Assembly (NCBI RefSeq): GCF_963921235.1
Contig: NC_086118.1
Span: forward strand, 20,896,001-20,960,000
Source: Mobula hypostoma
Lineage: Eukaryota
Length of the DNA: 64,000 nucleotides
Direction of reading: 5' to 3'
Shown: in pieces, positions 24,166 to 37,844 of the stretch
Numbering within the stretch: position 1 is the stretch's first letter
Layout of the letters: each line of letters starts with the position of its first letter
Program-made: the position numbers and the translations under genes
Notes under the pieces: model-generated
Databases searched by the model: none
Told to the model about the DNA's origin: nothing
What the model saw: only the letters and a program-made list of their open reading frames with translations

Positions 24166-26389
24166 TAGTTCAATCAACTGCTTTCTTTAAGGATCTACGT
24201 AAAAATTCGGTGCTGCGCTAAGTAGTTGGTGAAACTCCTCCTAGAACATGCAGAGAACGAGGACGGCAGCCATTGATTTCATTCAGCACTGTTTACAGTA
24301 GACTTCTCATATTCAGGATAATAATTGTAATTAACAAATACACACAACTGAGGTATGAAGATGGGGAAAAAGAAATGTTTCCAGTTAGGTATTTTGCCTC
24401 CCAAGTGAGGAATCTGTTAAACTGATATCTTTTAAACAATTAATGAAATATTGACCTTTAATTAGGATGGAAGTCTTAATGCTTTTGTCAACCCATAAGG
24501 AACAAACAGAGTTTGTTAGAAATCCTAGTGCTTGGATTATCTATAAGAATTTTGTCTGCTTAGCTAACCTTTTGGATGTTTTAATTTCTCTATCCATGTG
24601 GCGTATGACAGAAACAGGTCAGTGTTAAGGGCAGCATTGCTCTTCTTATCTTTTATTCAAATCAGTCAGAGAAAGGAGTGGCTCCTCCAAATAATTTGAA
24701 TAAAAGACAGGCGAGACATCCTGAGATCCTGAGAGTGGACAGCAGTGAGAATTGAACTATGTGATCAGCATCTAAAGTGACAGATTAGGTGGTTTTTGCC
24801 AAAGCATTCATATTTGTACCAGAACAGATGATCAACTACTGCATGACAGCAGTCTGATTCCTGTTTTTGTTATTCAACATTCTGCTCCTGTGTGTCATCA
24901 ATAATATATCACTGTTCTGAAGGAAACACAATCTGTTTCTAGTTGACATCAAGCAGAGTTCTGATTAAAGTGCCGTGAGAATCTGCAAATGCATGAGGAC
25001 TTTGGATGACTGTTGTTTGTGTCTTGATACAAGAAGAAACTTGTCCCTTTTACTGCCACCCCTCAAGGGTTCCATTTTTACCACTTCTAGAATAGAAATT
25101 ATGTAGTCATGGCTCTGTATGAATTTCCGCAGGAGGTTGGATTTGGACTTCCCCATTCTGCTTGATATTTCTGTTATATAGACCAGAAACTGTCAGGGAT
25201 CTGATATGCAACCTCCTCATATATATCACTATTGTACCCTCACTCCACTATGGATGTACAATCTATCCCTTCCTTACACATGTGGACTGATGTTTCTGCT
25301 CATTTGGGGTGGGTGTGCATGTAAGAGAGGGAGTGATAATGGGGCTGCATCTTGAGATATGCAATGATAAAGAAAGAGTTAAAGAATAACATGATTATGT
25401 GTTGAAGATGAGTGCAAGAAGCTGTAAGGCAGAACGGACAGCTCACCCATGTTTAGAAGAACATTGATCCGAATAGAGAAAAAAAAGTTGAGACAATACT
25501 TTTGTTCATTGTAGTTTCGTTAGTATCTAATTTGCAGTTTGAGGGACACCAGTATGTGCCATGGGAAAGAGCCTCATCCTCATCCGCCTGCTCTGAGTTG
25601 ACAAATCTTTCTCCTTCTGCTTTCAGCTACAGGCTGGATCACTGAAGCAGAATATCTCAGCAGCCAGCTCTTACCACTTCTAATTCACATCCACTCTGAG
25701 GTGGGCTGGCACATCAGATATGATGGATGCCCTAAGAACTCTACCTTAATCCATAAAGGAGCTGAAATTGACATGAGTGGAACAGGCATAATTTACCCCC
25801 TGTACTGTCTTGCTGTCTTGGTGTAATCCATTTCAAGAACTGTGGTATCACTTACCACCTACAATGGCATTGATGCTGAGTGAATACCTTTTAAACCTTG
25901 GTGTCAATTACCACTGGAATGGACAGGCAGGTGTTCAGAACTCATGCAGATTTGCCATTTAAAATAGAAATTTACTTGAAGATCACTATTGAATCTTACA
26001 TTTAGGTTATGTTGGTGTTAACAGGCATGATGGAATTTGTAGCCAGTGTAGAAGTAATTTAGTTTCTAAGCATCAGCACTTTACTCTTTGGACTTTAGCT
26101 TAGCATATGAAACCGGGTTTAAACACATTTCCTAGTGGTTGGAAGAGGTTACTAGGCACCAACATTTTCCAGTAATGAAGTGGCATCTGTTGTTCACCTG
26201 TTGTGACGGCAGGCAAATTGAAGTGGATCCAAGTCACTCCTCAGTCACTGCTTCATGACCTAACTCTAAAAGCACTTGATCACAGTGGATGTAAGTGCTA
26301 CTGGACGATTGTCATTGAGGCAGATTCTCTTAGGCACAGGTATGATTTCCCTCTATGTATAGACGACCATGGTGACCTTCAAGTGGACC

Positions 26390-28640
26390 AATGTTGTCCT
26401 CAGCTATCCTTTTGCTCTTAATATATTTGTAAAAGCCATTGAGATTCTCCTTCATCTTGTCTGCCAGAGTAACCTCATGCCTTTCATCACTCCTGATTTC
26501 TTTTAGTCTTCCTTGTGTTTCTTCAAGCACCTCATTTGTTCCTTATTGTTTATAGAGCTATCCACCTTCTTCTTCTTAATCAAGCCCTCAATATCCCTTG
26601 AAAACCAAGGTTCCCGAAGATTGTTGGTGTTGCCTTTTATTCTAATAAGAATATACAAACTCTGTGCTCTCAACATTTCAACTTTTGATGGCTTCTCACT
26701 TACCAAGCATCTCTTTGCCAGAAAACAGTCTGTCCCAAATCACATCTGCAGATCCTTTCTGATGCTACGAAAATTTGCCCCCCTTCAAACCAAGGACCAG
26801 CCCTATCCTTCTCCATAATTATCTTGAAACTTAGTGAATTATGATCACTAGATCCAAAATGTTACCCTACACACATTTCTGTCACCTGTTCTTCCGTAAT
26901 AGGAGATCCAGTATTGTGCTCTCTCTGGTTAAGACCTCTATATATTAAGGAAACTTTCCTGAACATATTTGACAAATTTTATCCGATCTAGTCTTTTTCC
27001 GATATGGGAGTCCAGTCAATAATGTGGAAAGTTAAATCACTTAACATTACAACCTTATTTTTCTTGCAACTGTCCACTATCTCGCTACAAATTTGCTTCT
27101 CAAATTCCTGCTGACTATTGGGAAGTCCCATTAACATCCTTTTCTTATTCCTCAGTTCCATCCATATAGCCTCAGTAGCAGATGAACCTTCCGGTCTGTC
27201 TTGTTTGAGAACTGCTGTGACATATTTCACCACCATGTTTAATGTCACCCCTCTTCCTTTAACGCCTACCCCTCAATAATGTCTAAAGCAATGGAACCCT
27301 GGGACATTGAGCTGCCAGTCCTGCCCCTCCTGCAAACAAGTCTTACTAATGGCTACAATATCATTATTCCACATGCTGTGCTCTTAACTTGTCTTCGTTA
27401 CCTACAATCCTCCTTGCATTGAAAGAGACACAACTCAGAACATTAGTCACACCATGCTCAACTTTTTGATTCCTGCCTTGGTACAGAGACTTAAAATTTA
27501 CTTTCTCCACAAATATTCCACTGGCTGCACTGGAATTTTGGTTCCCATCCTCCTGCAACTCCCATTTAATCTTGCTGGAGCAGCACTAGCAATCCTTCCT
27601 GCAGGGATATTAGTACCCTTCCAGTTCAGGTGCAAACCCTTCTGTTTGTACAGGTCTCACCTTCACTAGAAGAGAGCCCACTGATCCAAAGTTCTGAAGC
27701 CTTTGCTCCTGTAGCATTTCCTTAACAATGTTTGAACCTGTATTATCTTTGTATTTAGCCTTGCTAACACATGGCACTGGTACCAGTTCTGTGATCACCA
27801 CCCTGGAGATCCTCTCCTTTTACATAGCACATAACTCCCTGAACTCAGTTTGCAGGATATCATCACCCTTCCTGCCAATCCTGTTGCCCCTGACCCTGGC
27901 ACCTGGGAGGCAACAAACCATCCAGGAATCTTGTTCTTATTCACAGGCCTTCCTGTTTGTTCTAACAATGAATCCCATATTACTACTGCTCGCCTCTTCT
28001 TGCCTCCTTCCCTTCTGAGTCACAGAGCCAGACTCAGTGCCAGAGACCAGACTTCTGTGGCTTTCCTCTAGTAGGTCGATCGCCCCAATAGTATCCAAAA
28101 TGTTATCAAATCACAAACAAGAGAAAATCTGCAGATGCTGGAAATCCAAGCAACATACACAAAATGCTGGATGCACTCAGCAGGCCATGCAGCATCTATG
28201 GGAAAATAAAAGTACAGACGGTGTTTTGGGTCAAGGCTGTTTCAGGTTGAGTTCCTCCAATGTTTTGTGTCTGTTGCTCCAAAATGTTATAATTGTAATG
28301 GAGGGCAACAGTTACAGGGGTAGCCTGCACTGGCTGCCCATCCGTTTTCCCTCTCCTGATGGTTAACCAGTTACACCTGTGTCCTGCACCTTCCCTATAT
28401 CTCCTAACAATCAACCTGTCCATCTCCCATAGGATCCAGAGTTCATCCAGTTCCCTAACATGGTCTGCAAGAAGCTGCAGCTGGATGCACTTCTCGCAGA
28501 TATAGTCATCTGGATACTGGAGGGCTCCCTGTTGTCTCACATTCCGCAAGAGGAACACTGTGCTATCCTGACTGTCATTCCCAATGCTCTAACTGTGCAA
28601 TAAGAAAGAAAGAATTTTACCAGAAACTTACCTCAGAGTC
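26390..28640 (-). mobile_element. CR1-type LINE 5' part: ORF1 (zinc finger/coiled coil, esterase-like) and ORF2 APE endonuclease remnants
   Basis: PDDYICEKCIQLQLLADHVREL (28196..28558), VITELVPVP (27610..27801), FNARRIVGNEDKL (27364..27558), TEAIWMELRNKK (26988..27248), FYKYIKSKR (26330..26530). Confidence 0.88.
28107..28277. mobile_element. Penelope-derived mini-insertion nested in CR1 ORF1
   Basis: Exact 13-bp TSD tccaaaatgttat (28094-28106 and 28278-28290). Body matches the Penelope-like tail. Confidence 0.8.
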
Positions 28641-30211
28641 CACCTCTTTTCGCTGAAGCCTCTTGAGCCAAAGCCTCAGCTCCCCACTCTAATCCTGGCC
28701 CACTCTAACTGCTTAAATCTAACTACTTTTCATTGGCCTTCGCCAGGATGCCTAATAACCCAGATAATCTAGCTCTGCAGAAATTTCCAACCAGGCCCGC
28801 TCACTTTTTAAATCTGCTGTGTTACTGTCCACAAATAACTATGCCATAGAAAGCAGTGATTGGTCCTGGCTTCTTTTTAAATCTGGCGTGTTACATGTCA
28901 CAAAAAAAACAGCAATGATATTAAAGTTATTAGCTATTCAATTACAAAGAAAAAATGTATTTAAGAATCAATTTGGCAGCTGAGAAATGCAAAGGATGAA
29001 GGGAGATAACACAAGAAAAATATCAGCAAGCTCCCTTATTGTTGCTATCTCTTAAGTGGTTTGTTTTCTATCAAATTGGCACTCCCTTGTGAATGGTCTA
29101 CTTATATGTTTAGTCCATAGCACTGTCAATAAAAACTTCAATCCAAGGAAGTTAACTCTATATCGTTTCCATTGGGCATTGACTGCCTCTCAGTAATGAG
29201 TGCCTCCGCTCCTCGCTTTCAGTTGCAAGGGGTCTTTAGTGTTTGGCTTGTAAATTTCCTTAACAGTGCTGAAAAATTGGTATATTTAATAGTTGTTAAC
29301 TCTGTTCTTTATGTGCTTTTTTTTTGTCTAATCTCTGCCTTCGGATGCCAGTAAAGCTGTGGTCAATTAGCTCCTTGATTTGTTTATTGTCATCAAACCG
29401 GTCCTGGTGGCTATTATTAAAGTCACTTCAGGATGCCAATTATGGTGGACAGCAGGTTAGCCTGTAAGCTCAGGAAACATACAGTTCCTTTAGGATGGAG
29501 TTGTAAGGTTGTTAGTGAGGCACTGCATGCAAAAGACTAACTTTGTGGGTGCTTCCAAGCTTTGAAATTGATTGTTTTGTGGCAATGCAAATGTTTTGGA
29601 GTCGGATTTATGGAGGTATGGTCATGGTCAGAGCAGCAGACATTTTGTTTGTGATGACACAGGTGATGCAGACATTTCTGTGGTTTCTTAATCAGATAAT
29701 ATAATCTAGTGGTGATTGTGCTAGGAACATAGAAACAAAGTGTTCATTATGATGAGGCTCTGCACGAAGCAAATTTGGTAAGAGAAAGACCCTTTGCAGT
29801 CAGACATCCTTACATGCTCCTGAGATTATACTTTGGCAAAGGGTTGCATACCTTTTCATCCGGGTTTAATCATCTGGAAGGGTCAGTTTGTCAGCCTTTG
29901 GGCTGTGAACACAATTATTTTCAAAGCAGGAATATGACTGTCATATGTTATTTCCAACAATATGAACTTCAAGACCTAAAACACCAAGAGGTTCAAGGAC
30001 AGCCCTGAACACTCCTAAACTGACATATGAGTCACAGGATCATAAGGCATTCACTGATTACAGCACATAAGTTACTGAGAAGCCCTCATGTTTGGTGAAG
30101 CTTACTCTGTGCAGATGGTTTTCCTCTTTAGGTTTTCCCTTTCCAGAAAATGTACTTTATTGTTCTTTAAAGTGGCAATCTCCTGTACATCATGTCTCAA
30201 TGTGCATCATC

Positions 30212-30291
30212 TAGCAATGTCAGTGTCAGAGCATGTGAGTTCTGTAGCAATGTCAGTGTCAGAGCATGTGAGTTCTCTAGCAATGTCAGTG
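30212..30291. repeat. 33-bp tandem repeat, ~2.4 copies
   Basis: tagcaatgtcagtgtcagagcatgtgagttct repeated directly. Confidence 0.9.
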
Positions 30292-30918
30292 GAAGACTTT
30301 TTAGGTCTGTTACTACTGGGATTGTCCTTGAAGCTCTTGATGTTTCAGGTGCTGAACTTCATATTGAGTGGGAATTGCTAATGTGCTTCTTTAAACACAG
30401 AATCACTGTTGTACACCATCTATCATAACTAAGGTACTGGTAATTGTCGGAGTCAGGGATTGGGACTACACTTTCACAGATCTCCAGCAGTTTGTGAGCG
30501 TTAATAACCATGTGACTGAGAATGGTTTCCATTCACCTTAGGCTGACTTACCAGTGAATCAAGATCTTGCTCTGTGATTATAATAGAACATGTGACTAGC
30601 TTCCAATTGGTACACTGATGGTGAACTTTAAAAATTCCAAATATTACTATCTATATTATCTTTATAACTTACCCCCCAGGCAGACACACTGTCCTCCTCT
30701 GTGCTCACCCCCTCCACATGCATCATTCTTTCGGTGACTCACACCCATCCAACCCCAATCTGGTCACCAAATTTGATGCATTGTCATCAGCCAAGATGTT
30801 CATTGGCCTGCAATGTAAGGTGGCATAAAATTTCTAGACTTTAAAAACTATGACCTGTAGTAATTCTTTCTCGTTTTTGGATGCTTCCCATAACCCATTT
30901 TCGTTTTGTTTGTTGCAG

Positions 30919-31010
30919 GTATTAGAAGGACTACAAAGAGTCACCTGGATGACAGTGAAAGATACCAACTTTGCAGAAGCAAGAAGGGATGCATTGAAAG
31001 CCATTGCTCA
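30919..31010 (+). CDS. TBCD: TBCD coding exon (92 nt): VLEGLQRVTWMTVKDTNFAEARRDALKAIA(Q)
   Basis: Acceptor ttgcag and donor gtatgg. FAE.RRD.LKAIA motif. Confidence 0.95.
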
Positions 31011-31379
31011 GTATGGATTATTTTAATTTATTCAATCCAGTGTATTAAATTGCAAATTATTTTCACTGACTGCTAAGGCAAATTTAAGATATTTGATTCA
31101 TTCTGTGCTTATGTCTTATGGTCTTATAAATCATAGAACTCAAGAGAATCTAAGACTTTGGTTCAAACACTTAAAAAGGTGGAATAAATAATGACTTTAA
31201 TGCTAAATGATTTTAGAATACAGGAGAAAAATAAATATTAAAATATCAAATCATTTGGATAACAATGATTAGAAAACAATTTTAATTTTTAAAGCAGAGT
31301 AACATTTTATTATATTAATTGGTGGCTTAATGAAATATGCTTCCTCCAATTTTCTTTCTTGCTGTATTCACGTGACCGT

Positions 31380-33520
31380 TAGACCATAAGGTACAGGAGC
31401 AGAATTAGGGCCACTTGGCCAATCCTTCCATCATGGCTGATCCAATTTTCCTCTCAGCCCCAATCTCCTGCCTTCACCCCATATCCATGCCCTGACCAAT
31501 TAAGAATCTATCAGTTTCTGCCTTAAGTATACATAAAGACAACCTCCACAACTGCCTGTGGCAAAGAATTCCACAGATTCACCACACTCTGGCTAAAGAA
31601 ATTCCTCCTCATCTCCGTTCTAAAAGGACACCCTCTACTCTGAGGCTGTGTCCTCTGGTCTTAGATTCTCCCATTGTAGGAAACATTCTCTCCACATCCA
31701 ATTCATCAGGGCTTTTCACCATTTGAAAGGTTTCAATGAGGTCACCCACAGAAGACAGGCACAGAGCCATCAAATGCTCTTCATATGACAAGCCATTCAA
31801 TCCTGGAAATATTTTTGTGTACCTCGTTTGAACTCTCTCCAGTTTCAGCACATGCTTTCTAAGATAGGGAGCCCAAAAATGTACACAATACTCCAAGTGA
31901 GGCCTCACTAGTGCTTTATAAAGTCTCAACGTTACATCCTTGCTTTTATATCCTAGCCCTCTTGAAATTAATGCTAACATCGCATTTTCCTTCCTCACCA
32001 CAGATTCAACCTGTATATTAACCTTTAGGGAATCCTGCACAAGGACTCACAAGTCCCTTTGCAGCTCAGATTTCTGTATTTTCTTTCCATTTAGAAAATA
32101 GTCAACCCTTTCACTTCCAACACTGCATTCCATCTGCCATTTCTTTGGCCGAATCTCCTAATTTGTCTAAGTCCTTCTGTAGCCTCTCTACTTACTCAAA
32201 CATACCTGCCCCTCCACCTATCTTCATATTGTCTGCAAACTTTGCAACAAAACCATAATTTTCATCATTCAAGTCACTCACGTTTAATGCAAAAAGAATT
32301 GGGCCCAACACTGAATCCTGTGGAACACCACTAGTCATCTGTAACCAACCAGAAAAGACTCCCTTTATTCCCACTCTTTGCCTCCTGTGAATCAGCCACA
32401 GCTTTATTCATGCTAGAATCTCTCCTGTAATATAGTGGGCTCATAGCTTGTTAAGCAGCCTCATGTGTGACACCTTGTCAAAGGCCTTCTGAAAATCTAA
32501 GTACACAACTTCAACCGATTCTACTTTGTCTATTTTGCTTGTTAGTCCTAATTCCAACAGATTTGTCATGTAAGGTTATCATGTACCTTCAAGTACCCAG
32601 AGACCTCGTCATTAATAATCAACTCCAACATCTTCCCAACCACTGAGGTCAGAGTAACTAAACTATAGTTTGCTTTCTTCTCCCTCTCTTCCTTTTTGAA
32701 GGGTGGTGTGACATTTGCAATTTTCTAGTCTTCCGGAATTATTTAAGAATCTAATGATTCTTGAAAGATTATTACTAAGGCCTCCATGATCTCTTCAGCC
32801 ACCTGTTTCAGAACCCTGGGGTGTACACTATTTGGTCCAGGTGACTTATCTACCTTCAGTCCTTTCATTTTCCCAAGAACCTTCTGTCTTGTAATGGTAT
32901 CTTCACATGCTTCATGATCCCTGACACCTGGAACTTTCACCATACGATTAGTGTCTTGCACAGTGAAGACTGATGCAAAATATTTATTTAGTTCATTTAC
33001 CATTTCCTTGTTCCCTTATTTCTACCTCTCCTGCAATATTTTCCAGTGGTTCGATATTCATTCTTGTCTCTCTTTTACACTTTATGTAACTGAAGAAACT
33101 TTTGACACCCTCGTTAATATTATTGGCTAGCTTACTTTTGTATCCCTTCTTTACCTTCTTAAATACTTTTTTTTTAGTTGCCTTCTGTTGGTATTTAAAA
33201 GCTTCTCAATCCTCTAGCTTCCCTCTAATTTTTGCCCTGTTATATTCCCTGTCTTTGGCTTGTACGTTGACTTTGACTTCTCTTGCTAGCCATGGTTGTG
33301 CCTTCTGTCCTTTCGAATACTTCTTCCTCTCTGGGGTTATATATCCAGTGCCTTATGAATTGCTTCCAGAAATTCCAGCCATTGCTGCTTTGCCATCATC
33401 CCTGCCAGTATTTTCCAATCTGGCCAACTCCTGTCTCGTAGCTCTGTAATTCTCTTTACTCCACTGTAATACTGATATATCTGAAGTTAGCTTATCTTCA
33501 AATTTCAGGGTGAATTTAAT
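31380..33520 (-). mobile_element. CR1-type LINE ORF2, 5'-truncated, decayed
   Basis: ELNKYFASVFT..KSPGP..HPRVLK (32743..33003), SGVPQDSVLGP..KFADNMK (32192..32374), LYKALVRPHLEYC (31609..32040). Confidence 0.93.
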
Positions 33521-33581
33521 TTTGACTAATAGTACTTCTACTTTGAAATAAAAACATATCTTATTGTTAAATTTAGGGTAA

Positions 33582-33764
<183 letters not shown>

Positions 33765-34689
33765 TAAAATACTATATTATTGTCCATGTATTTTTAAGGA
33801 TTACTGGGTGGAAAATCAAGTTGCTCCAGTTTGTTGTGCCTTTCCTGCAAAACAATACCTGTTGTCTATCATTCTTGCAAAATTATATATCTGCTTTCCA
33901 AGAATATGCTTATTCAGGAAGTAGCCATGCCACTGTGATGAATCATTCTACATGTGCACCTACATACATGTACCATTTGTCAGCCACTGTTACACACTTA
34001 ACAAAGTGCATTGAATGCCTTCTATTTTTATGTTGAATGACATGACTGAAACTGGGAAATGTAATATATACACAAGGCTTGGAAAAGCTTAATCTAGCAG
34101 GTCTTCAATTTTGGTCAAATACATTGCAGATACGTTTTAAATTCCAAGAGTGTTGCTGATTACCATCTCCTTAGATCGCAAATAACCTTGGAAAAGCTGA
34201 GTAATTAAATCAATTTGAATTGAAATTAGATGGTTCAACGTTTGGGTGCGATAGTCATGCAAGATAATCACGCAAATTAATGTGCCCATAAATGTGGGTT
34301 TCTTGCTCATTATATTGGTAAACTTCTCGTTTTTATTTAAAATTACAGTGCATTCAGGTATTTGAACAAAGCATGATTTACATTTCTCTTTTTTTAAGAT
34401 TATAATTGCATAGCTTGCTGCTTGTTATCTGCCAGAGCAAATTGCAGGTCGTTGTTATGTAAATTGAGTTTTATTGATTTTTCATACTAATACTAGGTTA
34501 GTAAGCAGAGAGTTGTGAGTGAGAGCACAACTTTACCATTTGAAACTATCAGCTTCAAATTTGATTGAATAAGTTATGTAATTGTGTATGAATTATTTTA
34601 AGTTGTCAGTGTTGTATGAAGTCTAAATTGATTCTTCATTCTCATAGATGTAATTGATTAGTATATGAGTTGACTCTTGTAATGTACTC

Positions 34690-35040
34690 TCAAGTACTTG
34701 ATCCTGAAATGTATGGGTTAAGTTGCCAAACTAGGACTGATGCACACAGTTTTAGGATAATAGTTCATTGTTGGACTGAGGCAATAAATGGATATGCTGC
34801 CTGTCAGACGAGATTGATTCATATACCTATGTGAGGCAAAGCTCAAACAAATGCTAATTCAGATAGATGAGAATGATTCCACAGTACTATTTGAAGGAGA
34901 GAAGGGAGTTTCCAAGCTTTGGCCAAAACTAATTCCTCAGTCAGAGCCACAAAACGCATTATCTTGCTCTTCTTAATATTTTTGGGGATCTTGCTCTACA
35001 GAAATCTGGTGATTTTTGCCAATGAAGTTGCAGTGGACAT
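34690..35040 (+). mobile_element. Ancient Deu-domain SINE remnant (AmnSINE/SacSINE-like)
   Basis: gattccacagtactatttgaaggagagaagggagttt...ggggatcttgctctacagaaat resembles the recalled Deu-domain consensus. Confidence 0.5.
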
Positions 35041-35059
35041 AATTCAATAAATTTGACAG

Positions 35060-35300
35060 AAGAATACATTTACATTTAAGCTACACCTTTTATGACTTTG
35101 GGACATCTCAACAAGTTTTACAGTCAGCAAATATGGAAACCAGTATTGAAATAATAGGTCCCACAGGCAACAGTGTGATGAATGATCAAGGTGTCTGGTT
35201 GGAGGAAAAAGCACCCAAGGGGAACCTCCCTGTTCTTATTTAACTAATGTGCTGAAATAATTTATCTTCACTGGAAAGTGAATTCACTGCAGACTTTACA
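35060..35300 (-). mobile_element. Ancient Deu-domain SINE remnant, opposite orientation
   Basis: ggtcccacaggcaacagtgtgatgaatgatcaag...ggggaacctccctgttcttattt resembles the reverse complement of the same consensus. Confidence 0.5.
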
Positions 35301-37844
35301 GACCTGAAAATTAAATTAAGATAATTGTTGCAAATTCCCATTAATGAAGCGTATGACAGTACAATCTAAGTACCATTGCTGAGATATTTTTCTATACTTT
35401 GTGGCCCAGTAATATATATATATATATGTTGCCTTAGTCAAAGCAAGCCATGTGTCAAAAGATGCAGTACATTAACCTGTCCTCTTTGTGACATGATGTT
35501 TAAGGGTTATAAACATTCTTAATTTCTTTTGATCTTCATTCTCATGTCATATCTTTATTCCCAAGTCAAGATTTGCACTTATGTAAAAGTGGTGCAAGTG
35601 TATTTAATATTGCTGCCAATATATTTTCTCATCATCTCTGTGGTGTTCACACTATGAAAGTTATTGATGTACTTGTGGAATTATTTCACTGTAGTTAGAA
35701 AATAGACAGATGCTGTTTTAGTATGAGTGCCATAAATCCTTGAACCAAACTTAAATATTCGGATGAGGTTTCCCTAAGAACTGCAAAACTTAAAAATGAA
35801 ATAAGAAAACAAAGTCAAGAACAGATGCCGTTAGAAAATTCAGTGTATTGTTGTCATTTTGAATATATTTTAATGCATTCTTAATATTAAGATAAACTCC
35901 AATGCAGCCTTTTTGGTTTTTCTTTTTACTATTTAATGATACCTTGTAACTGTAATCAGAGAAAATTTAACATTTTTCTCTACAAGGACTCTTTTCATGA
36001 TCAAAAACTAATCACCAGCAACTAACAAAACTTCTCAGTCATTTTATACAACCAATGGTGAGATGTGTAAATTTTCAGAGATTTAAGTCAGATTGAGTTC
36101 ATATCAGGAATTGAAAGTGAAACTACTGTTGTGGATCCTTTCTCAATTGTGGAGCTAAATATAATGCATCTTCTCCTTAATTGCATTATTTAACGCTGTA
36201 TGTAACTTTGCATAATGTTTCATTGTGGGGTGAGAAAAAGTTGTAGTCAAATAAAGAAAGAATATAATTTTATAAAAACAATAATAAATGACAATGAGTG
36301 CTATTCCACCTGATGCCGGATGTTAATCTGCAGACAAGGAAGTTTTCTAAGCATAATTGAAAACACGCTCATGGCAACCAGTCCTTCAAGAATTTTTTAT
36401 AACCTTTAAAAATTCATTGGAAGAGTAGCTACAAATCAGATTTTTCAAGATTGTAGCATTTTTGTATTTTAATGAGTTAAGTTAGTTATTGTCATTCTTA
36501 TTTAAATAGATCCTTGAACCAAAAATTCTAGGTTTCTTCGTTCCATTTTGTTGATGCCAAGTGATGTCGGCAATCTGGTAAAGACTCATTTTGCAGGGTC
36601 TAAACTGATGCATGCTGTATGTGTTCTGCATTCATGTATTCTTAGTTGATTTAAATAAATATTCATTATATACAATATTATAGGTGAAATATAACTACAG
36701 GATTTTTTATAGTGCAGGCACAAATGTGTATAATATGTCTAACAGTAAATGCTCTCTGCTATATCTTGTTTGGCTGAAACAAGATGAGTATGACATAAAT
36801 ACACAAAATCTATACCAGATCACGAATGTAATTTCAAAATTTTGACAGCTCAGATTTTCAGCTACAGTTATTGCATCATTCTGTATCATGATTAATGATG
36901 TGGTGCGTTGCGATGCTCCTGTGCCTAAACAAAAGAGGGTGTAATGGTGTACAGAATAGAAAAGCATTAACTGGGTCACAGAAAAAAATATATAACAATA
37001 TTAGAGTAATGTAAGAAGCAGAAGTCAGAAAAGCAGGAATGGGAGTGTGGCAAAAAATTGAAATGACGGCAGGCGAGAAGTTTGTGTTTACTCTTTTCAG
37101 ATTGGAAGTAATCTGCAAAGGGGGCATCCAGTTCATTTTCCTTTCTTCAATATAAATTGAAGGAAGTGCAAATGAATTGGTTGGACTTTTATTTCTTGGA
37201 TAGTGAGTAAGGAAGAGGTAAAAGGGTATGTATTTTGTTTTCTGCATGGGAAATTACTATATCATAAAAAGGGGTGTGGTAAATGGAGATATAAGAGTGT
37301 ACTGGAGTTTCCAAGGGAACAGATCAGAAAGAAGTAAAGGGAAGCACACTTAAAGTGGCGGGATGGATCCCTTGAAATTGGCAAGTATTGGGGTGAATGG
37401 TGGATACAATAGAAACCTAATTAGGAGTAGTAGTGAGTGAAATTGAGGAGATGCAGTTGAGATCCTGATCGACTATGGTAGAAGGGAAGCTATGATCGAG
37501 GGTAAAAGGAGACATTTTAAAGGCATTGTTGCTCTTAGTTAGAGCAGATACAAGAGTGATATGGGAACACTGGGAGAACAGAAAGTGGAGTGGGAGAAGG
37601 GGTAGTTGAGAAAATTGTGATAGTTGGTAGGCTTACAGTTAATATTAGTTGCTATCTGAGATGGAGATAGCGATGTCAAGAAAGGGTTGCAAAGAGTTAG
37701 AGTAGGGCTAGACCTTGTGAAAGTGGAACAGATTGGAAATTATCAACATTGTTAATGAAATTTTCAAATTCTGTGGCATCTAAGCAGTCAAAATGTAATG
37801 AAAGAAGGGTCAAAGAAAGGGATCAAAATAGGACTGAAACAATA

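Noticed and set aside
24850..25950. Possible Harbinger-like transposon remnant
   Set aside because: Only a vague impression. No motif or terminal repeat could be supported.
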